DNA of 64,000 nucleotides from an uncultured Alphaproteobacteria bacterium (GTDB lineage Bacteria; Pseudomonadota; Alphaproteobacteria; Rs-D84): NCBI GenBank assembly GCA_944392595.1, contig CALXXD010000006.1, positions 7,074 to 71,073 of the forward strand, read 5' to 3'. Shown piece by piece: positions 63,629 to 64,000 of this stretch (position 1 is its first letter; each line of letters starts with the position of its first letter). The notes under the pieces were generated by a model. It saw only the letters and a program-made list of their open reading frames with translations, ran no database searches and was not told where the DNA came from. The position numbers and the translations under genes were made by a program.

Positions 63629-63635
63629 AATAATT

Positions 63636-64000
63636 TTATTTGTATGGGTCCTCGTATTTTTTGGCCAACTCCGCAATATTTTCCGGTGGCCAACCTGGAA
63701 CCTCCATACCCAAACTTAAACCCATCGCTTCCAATTGAACTTTGATTTCGTTCAGCGATTTGCGGCCAAAGTTCGGTGTTTTCAACATATCAGCCTCGGT
63801 CTTTTGTACCAATTCGCCCAACCAGTTAATCTTGTCATTTTTCAGACAGTTATTGGCACGAACGGACAATTCCAATTCATCGACATGCTTTAACAATTTC
63901 GGATCGAACGGCAGTGCATCTTTGGCCTTTTCTTCTTCGGCCGGTGCGTTAATCTGTGCCGGATCTTCAAAGTTAATAAATACAACCAATTGGTCGGTTA
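63636..64000 (-). CDS. rpoA: DNA-directed RNA polymerase alpha subunit, C-terminal part (gene continues beyond the window)
   Basis: Alpha-CTD helix-hairpin-helix: [46 protein letters not shown]. The frame stays open to the window edge. Confidence 0.9.
   Translation of the reverse strand, partial: TDQLVVFINFEDPAQINAPAEEEKAKDALPFDPKLLKHVDELELSVRANNCLKNDKINWLGELVQKTEADMLKTPNFGRKSLNEIKVQLEAMGLSLGMEVPGWPPENIAELAKKYEDPYK

Overview
This is a 64-kb chromosomal segment from a moderately AT-rich Gram-negative bacterium. Gene content and order (CcrM-type adenine methyltransferase, ppiD next to tpiA, rpsF-rpsR-rplI, clpP-clpX, nrdR, recO) point to Alphaproteobacteria. The repeat load and the surface-protein expansion suggest a host-associated lifestyle; both points are inference. 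Roughly half the window is ordinary housekeeping: clpPX, pgk, rnhB, slt, nrdR, ccrM, a dsbA-like gene, recO, rplI/rpsR/rpsF, infA, tRNA-Gln, DUF1015, ppiD, tpiA, grpE, rplQ and the rpoA 3-prime end. The rest is unusual. (1) Nine genes (about 18 kb) encode signal-peptide-bearing, cysteine-rich proteins. Five of them are clear paralogs sharing CxxxYxxCMDxFC, LYSxQIxxDC and CGxDFxxC motifs, four share a conserved extreme C-terminus, and I recognise no known domain. This is my best candidate for an undescribed system. (2) There are two autotransporter-type outer-membrane proteins, one with Pmp-like GGAI/FxxN repeats and one with N-terminal ankyrin repeats. (3) An OmpA-domain protein carries EGF-like Cys modules and is translationally coupled to another secreted protein. 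(4) Six intergenic repeat islands are built from nested palindromic MITE-like modules, including a filled versus empty insertion site and CGAGTWA heptamer arrays. (5) An accessory region next to tRNA-Gln contains a duplicated tRNA 3-prime end, a 147-bp tandem repeat, lower-GC glycan-modification genes and two genes broken by frameshifts in G-runs. (6) A Panacea (DUF4065)-like antitoxin gene is coupled to an unknown 123-aa partner. (7) A MotA/MotB-like stator pair has a long coiled-coil spacer. (8) A covarying two-stem hairpin element occurs in two ribosomal-protein operon spacers. I saw no CRISPR array, rRNA, integrase or transposase gene. All homology calls are by-eye motif recognition, not searches.
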